Below, one piece after another: positions 42,401 through 54,400 of a stretch of 64,000 nt of DNA (position 1 is its first letter; each line of letters opens with the position of its first letter). The notes below the pieces were generated by a model. The model had not been told where the DNA came from. It did no database searches and worked only from the letters and a program-made list of their open reading frames with translations. A program made the translations under genes and the position numbers. Origin of the DNA: Felis catus (lineage: Eukaryota); the NCBI RefSeq assembly GCF_018350175.1, contig NC_058368.1:173602001-173666000 (forward strand), written 5' to 3'.

Positions 42401-45400
42401 CATCTCTGTACATAAAAAATACTGCAAAGGTGAGACTGATCCCAGGCCACATACCAAGCAGGCACGAGAGACTGGGGGACCCAAATGCATTCTAAAGAGC
42501 ACAGGATTTAAAAGATCTTCAAAGACAAGGCTAATGTCCAAGATTCCTGTGTATGCTTTTTCATTTGCTTAATCCTGAGCACATTACAATTCAGTAAAGA
42601 TTTCCTGAATGACCAATGGTGATCTATCCTCAGGATCATAGCAAAGAGGGTGCAGGAGAGGTACCCATCTCATTCACATCTGCATTTCCAGCATTGAGCA
42701 CACTGCCTGGGCATATAGTAGGTGCTTAATGCTTGTTGAGTAGGGTAGTAGTAGAGCCCCTGAGGAGACTATAGAGAAAAAGCCGATATGGGAGACTCAA
42801 AGCAGGAAGTACGAGAAAAGTATTTTTCTCTTTCACCAGATAGATTCAGGAATTCTGGAGGCTGCAGAATAGAACCACTGTTTGGGCTATGTTCACAGTG
42901 TTATTTCTACATTTTTCTCTGGTAAACTAGAGATATGACTAACACCCATAGAAGTCTTAATTTTCACCCCCTGAGAGGTAACAGTCAAAGGTCTGTGTGG
43001 CTTGGGTTGAAAGAGATGTGCTGCCTTGAGGCTATGCTCTATGCCCTTGTTCAATTCTGTGAGGGATGAAAGATAACTTGGGCTTTGCCTTCAAGGGGAT
43101 TATTGTCTGCTATAGGAGATAAAACACAAATATAAGCAACCATAATATAAGGAAAAATGTGAAAATGCTTTAAGTTTCAAAAAAACTATGATAGCACCAT
43201 AAGAAAGATTACTATTTTAGACTGCAAGGTAGGCCAGGGTAGGGCACATCAATCAGAAAGGATATAAGAAAGGAGTGATATGACCTAGCTGAAGGATGGG
43301 CAAGCTTCCATTTACCAAAAATGTGAGGAAGGCATTCCAGGTGGAGGGAAAAGCAAAAGCAAAAGCAAAGGCACAGAGGTAAAAAGTACAGAGTATGTAC
43401 AGGAAATGGTTTAGCTGGAACCTAGGGTATGCAGAAACAAGTTATATAGGAAAGACCTCCAAAGGAGGTTTGAATTAGATCAAGTAGGGTTGGCTTTTTT
43501 TTTTTTTTCTATAAGCAGTGAAGAGGTATTTAAGGTTCTTGAGTAAAAGAATGACATGATCAGTGCTGGGCTATGCTTTCCTTTGTGGATATAACCATAT
43601 CAATAAATTGGCATCTATATGGTTTGTGGCACTGACCTGGCTGTACGTTCCCTGGTAGAAGACAGGGTGTGCCCTCCCATATTTCTCTTCAAAAGAGTGC
43701 ATAAATGAAACAATGTCCCCAACGGGGTCAGTGACCCGGCTGCGAGGGTCAGGCCGTATAAAACGAAGAGCAAACCTGGGGAGGAAGGAATAAATATCAC
43801 ATGAATCGGCTTACTGTAGTGCATATGGAGTGGGCCAGTTTGTAAAGATTCCTACAACAGAGCCAGAGGCATGGCAGCAAAAGGAGGTGAAGGGTTTGTG
43901 AGTGGACCATCAAACCCGAGAGTATAGTCTGGCTCAAAAGGTGCAAAGCAGCAAGTGTTGTTCCATTGCCTGTTCAAGACGAATGCAAACTGCTAGGATT
44001 ATAAATTCCAACACTGGTCTAAATAAATCCTGCATGCTTTTTGCAGAAAAATTCAGGACTAGAAAAATTGGGAAAGGAAGACACAGTCCAAAAAGATCAC
44101 AGGTCAGGCTGTGCCCCCAGATTTTCTAGAATGGCACTGTCTAATAAGGTAGCCACATGTAGCTATCTAAATTTAAAGTTAACTAAATGAAATACAATTT
44201 AAAATTCAGCTCTTCGGTCTCGTCACATTAAGTACTCAGTAGTCATACGTGGTTAGGTGGCTTCCACACTGGACAGTACAGATACAGAACGTTTCCATTA
44301 TCACAGAAAGTTCCATTATCACAGAAAGCAGCAGTTCTACTGCTCTAGAAAAGAGTGCTGTCTCTTTCTTGTTGTCCTACTTGCCTCTTCCTTTCCTTTC
44401 TGTCATCCTGGGATTTTGAATTTTTAGTGCATACTCCCAAGCCATTCAAATTATGGTCAGGCTTCAAACCCGAACTTGTGCTCATGATTTACTTGCTTTT
44501 CAAGGGGTCAAGTAAAATCCTGCTTAATGATTTATGGTTGATGGCATCCATGAAGGAAGTTTATAAAACTGATCTAGAGTACACTGATAGATTTGGCACC
44601 TGGCAGCTATTGTCAAGTTAAGGGTGATACCACACATCTGTTTCTAAAGAGCCTATCTTATCATAATTATATAGCACCATTTATTTAGCCTTTGGGTTTC
44701 CACAGAAGGCAATGGACACAGTTCTGATAAGTCAATGTGCTACATAACATTAAACAAGTTGCTTGGATGATACAGTTGCATTAAAATTAGTCACACATGC
44801 CATGCATATTTTTTTCCAAGAAAAGCAAACAATATTCACAGATTTTCAGCACAGAAAAGGCGACTAAACTATGACACTTTCCTTACCCAATCTTGAGCCA
44901 ATTCCTTAGCCCCTCAAATTCCCCATGTGTATACAATTTCACTTGGAATTTCTCCTGAGTAATCAAATCAAATTCACTTACACAAACATTCCAGAGCAAA
45001 TTAAAAACAAATGTAAGAAGTTGTATATATGTAAGGGAGTGGTTAAAAATCTTTTAAAAGATTGATGTTTTGATAACTTTCTCTGAAATTAAGTATTTAG
45101 GACTATCTTAATTAAGTTTTCAAATTTTGATGAATGAATGGATAAAGGCTGTAACTTTTTTAACTGTAATATATTCTCATGGCCTACATAATTCAGGACG
45201 ATCAGCTTTTTTAAAAAAAGATCTCAATTCAGTCTGTTACGATTTTAACAGTTTATATGTGTCCATTCTCAAATAAAACAGGATGCAAAGAGTACCAACT
45301 GATTAACTGATAACCAATAAGAACTTTGCTAAAGCAAAAGGAAGCCATTAAGCAGGCAGACTCCTAAAGCACCAAGTAGTCTTATCTGATCCTTGCACTT

Positions 45401-48400
45401 CTACACCTGCTGGGTCCTCATCTCCAGCCTCTGCTCCCTAGAGCAAGGCAAAGCTATTCCATGCATCAGGGGAAGCACAGGTTGCCCTGTATGCAAGGCC
45501 CAGACCACATATTCCAGCTCCATCGGTTGGCCTAAATGCCCATAAAACATTTTAGTAGTTCCTCATAAAGCCTAGGTGTGGGTTCATTTACTACTTAGTT
45601 ATAGACCAGATGCCCCACGACTAATGCCAGAAACTTGGGCTCCTTTGACATTTTGTAGGCCTGGCCCCTCTCTGTCTTCCAGTACTGAGCTCTCTGAATG
45701 GCACATGAAGGAAGTGAGAAGAAAAGTGAAAGTGTAAAGCAAGGGGGTATATATATGGAAGGGTGCCAGTGCCAGCAACCAATGAGCTGTCAGGACAGAG
45801 GGGAATGTACAGGAGTGTCCAGAGAGGTAAAAGTGTTGTGGGAGATGTAGAGAAAAATGGGTATTCTAAGAGCAAGAACATTTTTTGGGATTATGAGTCG
45901 TCAGATATAGTTAGATGGTTTAGGGTAAAAGTTACAAGGGGTGTGAAGCTGGTAGATAATGGTGGTTAGAAAGAAAAGGGTGTGAAGATTCACTAGGGAA
46001 TGTAAAGGTGACAAACATGGTGGGAAGAGGGAGGATAATGATAAACATAGGTAGACTGATCTTGAGAAAGATAGGCAAGACTACTTTACAGGGTTACTTT
46101 AAAACAGTTCCATTTCACAACATCTGTTATGTTTGAACAATTTAAAATATTGTCATACTACAGTATTAGAGTGTTCTAAAAGAGTATTCAATCTGATGAT
46201 CAATTGGCAAGTCAAAACTGACAAAGCATAAACCTTACTATTCTGGTCTATGTTTCAGCTCCAAAGTCTACCCTATTTCTACTAACATATAAATACAAAT
46301 GTACATACCTAAATATATCAAGTATTGTGTAATAGGTAAACCGGAATGGAAGCATTATCAAGTAATAACCCCATCCAAGCAGCCCCTGAAATTCCAAAAA
46401 CAAAGTTAGACACCATTCTCTCAATCTCTAATACTCCGCAGATGGCTAGTTCAAATTTTCACTCTTTTTTTGTTCTTTTGCATGATTCCTCCACTGCAAT
46501 ACACTTCCCTCTTCCTGGTCACATCATCCTTCTTAAAGACTTACTGCCTTTCATCTCATTTCATCTAATACTATCATATTTTTATTTTATCACATAATTT
46601 TTGTATTAAATCTGCTTCAGTGCTTCAATTCTGCAACTATTTATATTGTCAAATTTAATTACAAGTTTGCCTACCTAAATCATAAGTATTCATTCTTTCC
46701 TTTTTAAATTTTTTTTTAACGTTTTTATTTATTTTTGAGACAGAGAGAGACAGAGCATGAACGGGGGAGGGGCAGAGAGAGAGGGAGACACAGAATCGGA
46801 AGCAGGCCAGGCTCTGAGCCATCAGCCCAGAGCCCGACGCAGGGCTCGAACTCACGGACCACGAGATCGTGACCTGAGCCGAAGTCAGATGCTTAACCGA
46901 CTGAGCCACCCAGGTGTCCCAATTCTTTCCTTTTCAAATTTATACATTAAAATATGGTATACAGAAATAACAATAACCACAATTACTACTTTGGACATTT
47001 GTATATAAATGAGAAATAATTACATAAACCACAATTATAAATCTCCATATGACCGTTAATCTTAGTAATAATACTAATTATAATTTTAGCAATGTTGATT
47101 ATTGCTGTTATTATTAACTATGTAGGGGCTCTATCATTTACAAAACATTTCTTATATGTCACATTGTGTTAACCTGAGACTTTCCCTGTGTCTATGGCCA
47201 GGGAGCTCTGGAGCCCCATGGCTGACATAAGAGTCCCAAAATAATGGCGGAAACATTAGACATATACAGAATTTCTTGAGTCATGTAACTGCTCTAGGAA
47301 CTTGTTTTCTTCCACTTCAGAATACCCCAAAGTGGGGCGCCTGGGTGGCGCAGTCAGTTAAGCGTCTGACTTCAGCCAGGTCACGATCTCGCGGTCCGTG
47401 AGTTCGAGCCCCGCGTCGGGCTCTGGGCTGATGGCTCAGAGCCTGGAGCCTGTTTCTGATTCTGTGTCTCCCTCTCTCTCTGCCCCTCGCCCGTTCATGC
47501 TCTGTCTCTCTCTGTCCCAAAAATAAATAAACGTTGAAAAAAAAAATTAAAAAAAAAAAAAGAATACCCCAAAGCAACTACTTAGAAACTCCATTTTTAA
47601 AATGTTGTCAAGTATTCCACAAAAAAAGTATGATGGGGCGCCTGGTTGGCTCAGTTGGTAAGAGCGTGTGACTCTTGATCTCAGGATTCTGGGTTTGAGC
47701 CCAATGGTCAGTGTGGAGACTGCTTAAAAGCAAAGTCTTAAAGTGTGATAACGGAGTAAATTCTAACTGCTGCAAAGTTAAAGTGAGTGCTTTCTTGGAA
47801 TTCTAAATCCAAGTGTAAGAGTTTGAGTGTAATTCCAAGAGTAAGAAAGAGAAACTCTAAAAAGTTCTCTAGAGTTCATCATCACTATACATATCTGACT
47901 TTCCTAATTAGACTATGAGAACAATTTGAAGGGGGAGGACTGGCTCTTATTCATATCTGGATCCCCAACAGCAAAATACCTGGTACACCGGAGCATTCTT
48001 AAATGAACCACTTATCACCTCCCTGCTACTAGCCCTTCAAGATGAATTTTAATGATATGGCTAAGGCTCCCACAAAGATTCCAAGTAACTTCCCTAGAAG
48101 TAGCTTACAATTAAGTAAAATGAAGCAACAAAGAATCCAGTAAACATTTTAACTTAAAATGGAAAGATTTAAGAGTGCCTGGCTCAGGTGCTAGAGCATA
48201 CAACTCTTGATCTCATGGTTGTGAGTTCGAGCTCCACGTGAGGTGTAGAGATTACTTAAAAAATAAAATATTTTTTTAAAAAAGTGATAAATCTATTGAA
48301 CATGCAGCCAATATTTTCAGACATGTAAATAAAATTGTGTACTCAAATAAGGTGCACAAACTTCAAATAACTAACAAAGAGCCAAAAATAAAAAAAAATA

Positions 48401-51400
48401 AAAAAAAAATAAAAAAAGATAGTTACTGTATCAATTCATTGAAGAATCAAGATGATAAACCCAACATATCTACCAAGAAGCCAGATCTACCTAATAGGTT
48501 TACATTCTGAATATTTCCTTTGCTCCTATCATACAGAGATCAACATAACCTAGTGAATGGACTTATGAAACAAACAAAGGGGAAATTCCAGCTATAAAAT
48601 AACTTGCCCTTGGTTGTGGTCTTGAGACAACATAGCTGTAGATCCTGTGGTCAGCTGTATTAACTTGCAAGGGTCGGGATGGAGGTGGGTTGAAAACACT
48701 TGGTACACCCTCTTGTTCATTCAATCGGTCCTGTACAGCAGCCTGAGAAGAAAAAAAGAGCAGCAAGAGTTTCAGTGTTGCTCAAATCAACCTAAAAGTA
48801 ACACCATTGCTTGGTACTTCAAAACAGGTTATATGATGAGTATATCTTCATAGACCTTTAAGTTGCTTTGCTGGGAGGCAATGTGTGGTGATGGCTCCAG
48901 AATTCACAGTAGAGGAGTCCAAGAAATTTATCTGAAAGCTCCATTTGTGCAGTAAACACTACTGCTTTTATTCAGATGGTATGTATTATTTAGAGTGGCT
49001 GGGATCCAAGGTGCTTCACTGTGTGAAGGAAAGCCATCCACAGAGAATACAATGTAGGAAGTGCCCCTAGAGCGGTCTGATGGAGCAACTCTGATGAGCA
49101 GTGTTTGGTGGAGGGCTTGGCTTTGGAACAGAAACTTAGGTCTGAATCTTAGCTCTACCACTCACAATAGTCACTTGGCTTACGAGCCTCAGTTTCCTCA
49201 TATGCAAAAAGGAGGAACAGTATTTCTCAGGGTGAATTTGAAAATTTAGTAAGATGTACATACATAAAGATCCTAATATAATCCTGACAGAGGATATTCA
49301 GTAAAACACCTTATTCTCTTATTAACTCTGCCCCAGAAAATGGATACTTGTCCCAGTGTAGTAAAAAATTTCACTGTGTCCAAAAAAAGATCTGGTATTT
49401 GGCTCTGGATTCTGGGAGATAATCTGTACCTGATAGGGTAGACTGCCACCCCAGAAAGATCAACCATGGGGTTTAGGGTGGGGACTGTGGGTAATGCAGT
49501 ATCAGTTGACCTAGAGACTGAGTTCAATCATAGGTAATCAATCAAAAACAATTATACTGTGTAAATAAGACCCAATGAAAACTCTGGACACTGAAGCTGA
49601 GGTAAGCTTCCCTGACTGGCAATACTTCATAAATAATGTCACAAATCTTTGCCAGAAGGATAATGCATTCTGACTGCATGAAAGAGGAATACTGAAGCTT
49701 TGTGCTTAGAACTCAACATTCTGCCTTATAGGTCTCTTCCTTTAGCTGATTTTAATCTATACCCTTTCCCTACAATAAATCGTAACCATGAGTATAATAG
49801 CTTTTAGTTAACTCTTCTAGTGAATTATCAAACCTGAGAGTGGTTTTGGGAAACTACAGTTGCTGTAAGAAGTGAGGACTTGAGTGTTCTCTCACCATGA
49901 TAGTTGGCTTTAAATTTTGCAGTGCGGCTAACGCCAGGCAGTTCTCTAAGTTTTCATATTTTCAAGTATAAAGGCACAATTTGATGTGGAAAGAACAGTC
50001 TATCAACAAATGATGCTGGGACAACTGGACGCTAACATGCAAAAGAATGAACTTGAACCCTTAAATCATATTATATACACAAATTAACTCAAAACACATC
50101 AAAGACGTAAATGTAAGAGCTGAAATTATAAAATTCTTAAAAGAAGACATAGGTGAAAATCTTCATGACCCTGGATTAGGCAATTGTTCCTTAGACATGA
50201 TGGTAAAAGCACAAACAACAAAAGAAAAACATTAGATAAACTGGGACTTCCATCAAAGCTGAAAACGTTTGGGGCACCTGGCTGGCTCAGTTGGAAAAGC
50301 ATGTTGACTCTTGAACTCAGGGCTGGGAGTTCAAGCTCCACATTGGGCATGGAGCTTACTTTAAAAACAAAACAACAAAAAAACTGAAAACTTTTGTGCA
50401 TCAAAGGACACTATCAAAAGAGTCAAAAGTCAACCCACAGAACAGGAGAAAAGATTTACAAATCATATATCTGATAAGAGTGCAGCATCTAGAATATATT
50501 AAGAACGCTTACAACTCATCATCAAAAAGACAATAACCCAATTTAAAAATGGGCAAAGGACTTGAATAGATGCTCTCCAAAGATGATTTACAAACAACCA
50601 ACAAACACGTGAAAAGATGCTCTATCATCATTAGCCATTAGAAAAATGCAAACCAAAACCACAAGATACTACTTCACACCCACTAAAAGGCTATCATATG
50701 AAAGACAGATATTGGGGTGCCTGGATGGCTCAGTCAGTTAAGCGTCCGACTTCGGCTCAGGTCGTGATCTCACAGTTCGTGAGTTCAAGCCCCGCAATGG
50801 GCTCTGTGCTGACAGCTCGGAGCCTGGAGCCTGCTTCGAATTCTGTGTCTCCCTCTCTCTGTTCTTCCCCCACTCATGCTCTGTCTCTCTCTCCCTCCTT
50901 CAAAAATAAATAAAAACATTAAAAATTAAATTTTAAAAGACAGATATTAACAAATGTTCGTGACATGTGGAGAAATTGGACCCCTTATCCACTACTACTG
51001 GAATGTAAAATAGTGTGCCTCTTTGGAAAGAGTCTGGCAGTTCTTCAAAAGGTTAAACATAGAGTTGTCATAGGAGCCAGCAATTCTACTCCTAGCTATA
51101 CACCCAAGAGACATGAAAACATCCATCTCCACAAAAACTTGCACACTAACGTTCCCTGCAACATTACTGATAATAGATTAAAGTGGGAACAGTCCAAGCG
51201 TTTATCAACTAATGAATGAAGACACTGTGGTATATTCATACAAAGGAATATGATTTGACAATAAAAAGGAATGAAGTACTGATACACACCATGACGTGGA
51301 TAAATCTTGAAAACATAATGCTAAGTGAAATAAGCCAGACACAAAAGGACAAATACTGTTTGATGCCTCTTACATCAGGTATCTAAAATAGTCAAATTTT

Positions 51401-54400
51401 ATAAAGATAAAATGTGGAATTGTGGTTACCAGAGGCAGGGAAAGGGGATAATGGGAAATAATCGTTTAATGGGTACAGAGTTTCAATTTGGGAAGATGAA
51501 AAAATTCTGAAAACAGATAGTGGTAATGGCTGCACAATAATGTACGTAATGCAACAAAATTGTAATCTTAAAATGATTAAAATGGTAAACTTTTGCAATC
51601 CCTATCAAAATAACACCAGCAGCATTCTTCAAAGAACTAAAACAATTCTAAAATTTGTATGGATCCAGAAAAACCCTGAATAGACAAAGCAATCTTGAAA
51701 ATGAAAACCGAAGCTGAATGCGTCACAATGTCTCACTTCAAGATGTATTACAAAGCTGTAATCATCAAGACAGTATGGTACTGGCACAAAAACAGACACT
51801 CAGATCAACGGAACACAATACAGAACACAGAATAGATCCACAAACGTATGGCCAACTAATCTTTGACAAACCAGGAAGGAATATCCAATGGAAGAAAGAC
51901 AGTCTCTTCAGCAAGTGGTGCTGGGAAAACTGGACAGCAACATGCAGAAAAATTAACCTAGACTACTTTCTTACAACATACACAAAAATAAACTCAAAAT
52001 GGATAAAAGCTCTAAATGTAAGATAGGAAGCCATGAAAACCCTAGAGGAGAAAGCAGGCAAAAACTTCTTTGACCTTGGCTGCAGCAACTTCTTACTCAA
52101 CACCTCTCCAGAGGCAAGGGAAACAAACGCAAAAATGAACTATTGGGACCTTATCAAAATAAAAAGCGTCTGCACAGCAAAGAAAACAATCAGCAAAACT
52201 AAAAGGCAATCGACAGAATGGGAAAAGATATTTGCAAATGACCTGTCAGATAAAGGGTTAGTATCCAAAATCTATAAAGAACTTCTCAAACTCAACACCC
52301 AAAAAACCACATAATCCAATGAAGAAACTGGCCAAAGAAATGAAGAGACACTTCTCCAAAGAAGACATCCAGATGGCCAACTGACATATGAAATGATGCT
52401 CAACATCATTCATCATCAGGGAAATACAAATCAAAACCACAATGAGATACCACCTCACACCTGTCAGAATGGCTAACATTAACAACTCAGGCAACAAACA
52501 GATGTTGGCGAGGGTGCAGAGAAAGAGGATCTCTTTGCAACTGCTGGTAGGAATGCAAACTGGCGCAGCCACTCTGGAAAACAGTATGGGGGTTCCTAAA
52601 AAAATTAAAAATAGAACTACCCTATGACCCAGCAACTGCACTACTGGGTATTTACCCAAGAGATATAGGTGCACTGTTTTGAAGGGGCACATACACCCAA
52701 TGTTTATAGCAGTGCTATTGACAATAGCCAAAGTATGGAAAGAACCCAAATGTCCATCAATAGATGAATGGATAAAGATGTGGTGTGTGTGTGTGTGTAT
52801 GCAGTATACATGGCAATCAATGGAGTATTACACGGCAATCAAAAAGAATGAAATCTTGCCATTTGCAACTACGTGGATGGAAATAGAGGGTATTATGCTA
52901 AGGGAAATTAGTCAGAAAAGACAAATATCATATGACTTCACTCATATGAGGACTTTTAGATACAAAACAGATGAACATAAGGGAAGCAAAAAGAATATAA
53001 AAACAGGGAGGGGGACAAAACATAACAGACTCTTAAATATAGAAAACAAGCAGAGGGTTGCTGGAGGGATTGTGGGAGGAGGGGATGGGTAAGGGGCATT
53101 AAGGAATCTACTCCTGAAATCACTGTTGCACTATATGCTAACCAACTTGGATATAAATTAAACAATAAACTTAAAAAAATGGCAAACTTTTATGTTGTGT
53201 ACATTTTACCACAACACAAAAAAAGGCATGCAGTACGGATACATGCTACAACGTGGATGAATCTTGACAATATTATCTTAAGTAAAAGAAGCCAGTCACA
53301 AAAGACCACATACTATGATTCCATTCATATGGAAGTACAGAAAAGGGAAATCTATAAATGGAAAGTAGATTAGTAGTTGCTTAGGGGCAGGGAGGGATAG
53401 AAGCAGCAGGGTAATAGCTAAAGGGCATGGATTATTTTGCGGGGGCGAGGGGGTTCTCAATATTTTAAAACATTTTTGGGAAAATATTTTAAAACTGATG
53501 GGGGTAATGGATGCGCAACAATGTGAATATACTAAAAACTACTGAATTTCACATTTGAAATGGGTGAACTGTTTGGTATGTGAATTACATATCAATAATA
53601 AAGCTGTTAATTTAAAACCCACAACTAACAGCAATTATTGTCAATTATAAATTAGAATTTGCAAACTTATATCTGCCACTGTAAACCTGCCAATTTCCTA
53701 ATACCTCTTAAAAGCTTTTTTGATTAGTTTGGTGGTGCTTTTAACACATGAAATTATGTATATGGTAAAATGCAACAACATTTGGAAGATCTGTATTAAT
53801 TCAGTGAACAATATTTTCCAAATAATGAATGCTTGAAGTAATGAAATCAAGCTACAGTCAAAAATCCTCACAAAGTGCAAGACACATCAACCACTTTTCA
53901 GTAGGACCCTGTGGGAGGGGAGTGACAAAGAAAGCACGAGGCCCAGGACAGCAAAGGAGAGACCAGATGTAGTCTTAACACTGATATGAGTCAAGTTAAC
54001 CGCGAAGTCAACTGCCATGGTGGGAGGATACTCAAGCAGTCCTATGGAGCATTTCACATGCCAAGGAACTGAGAGCCTCATGTCAACCACCAGCACTACC
54101 TTGCTAGATGCGTGAACTGGTGCTCGTGGTTTGGCTTTCTAGAGAAGACAACAATACTTAGAGAAGTAATGGGAGGAGAAAGCAGGTGGCCGACACAAGA
54201 TAGCTCATCTGATAGCTGCTGCCGCCAGTTCCATTTCTGACTCATGATGGCCTTTAAGGAACATTTTTGGGAAACAGATATGGGGGAAGTTCAACATGTG
54301 AAAGGACTAAACGTATAACTTAAGAAAAAGATGACTGGGGCGCCTGGGTGGCTCAGTCGGTTAAGCGTCCAACTTCAGCTCAGGTCATGATCTCAGACTC

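Larger units (their letters stand above)
49965..53610 (+). mobile_element. Older L1MB-type element(s) hosting the younger L1
   Basis: Degraded ORF2 end (49.97-51.3 kb) and L1MB-like 3'UTRs at 51.3-51.6 kb and 53.2-53.6 kb. Confidence 0.75.
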
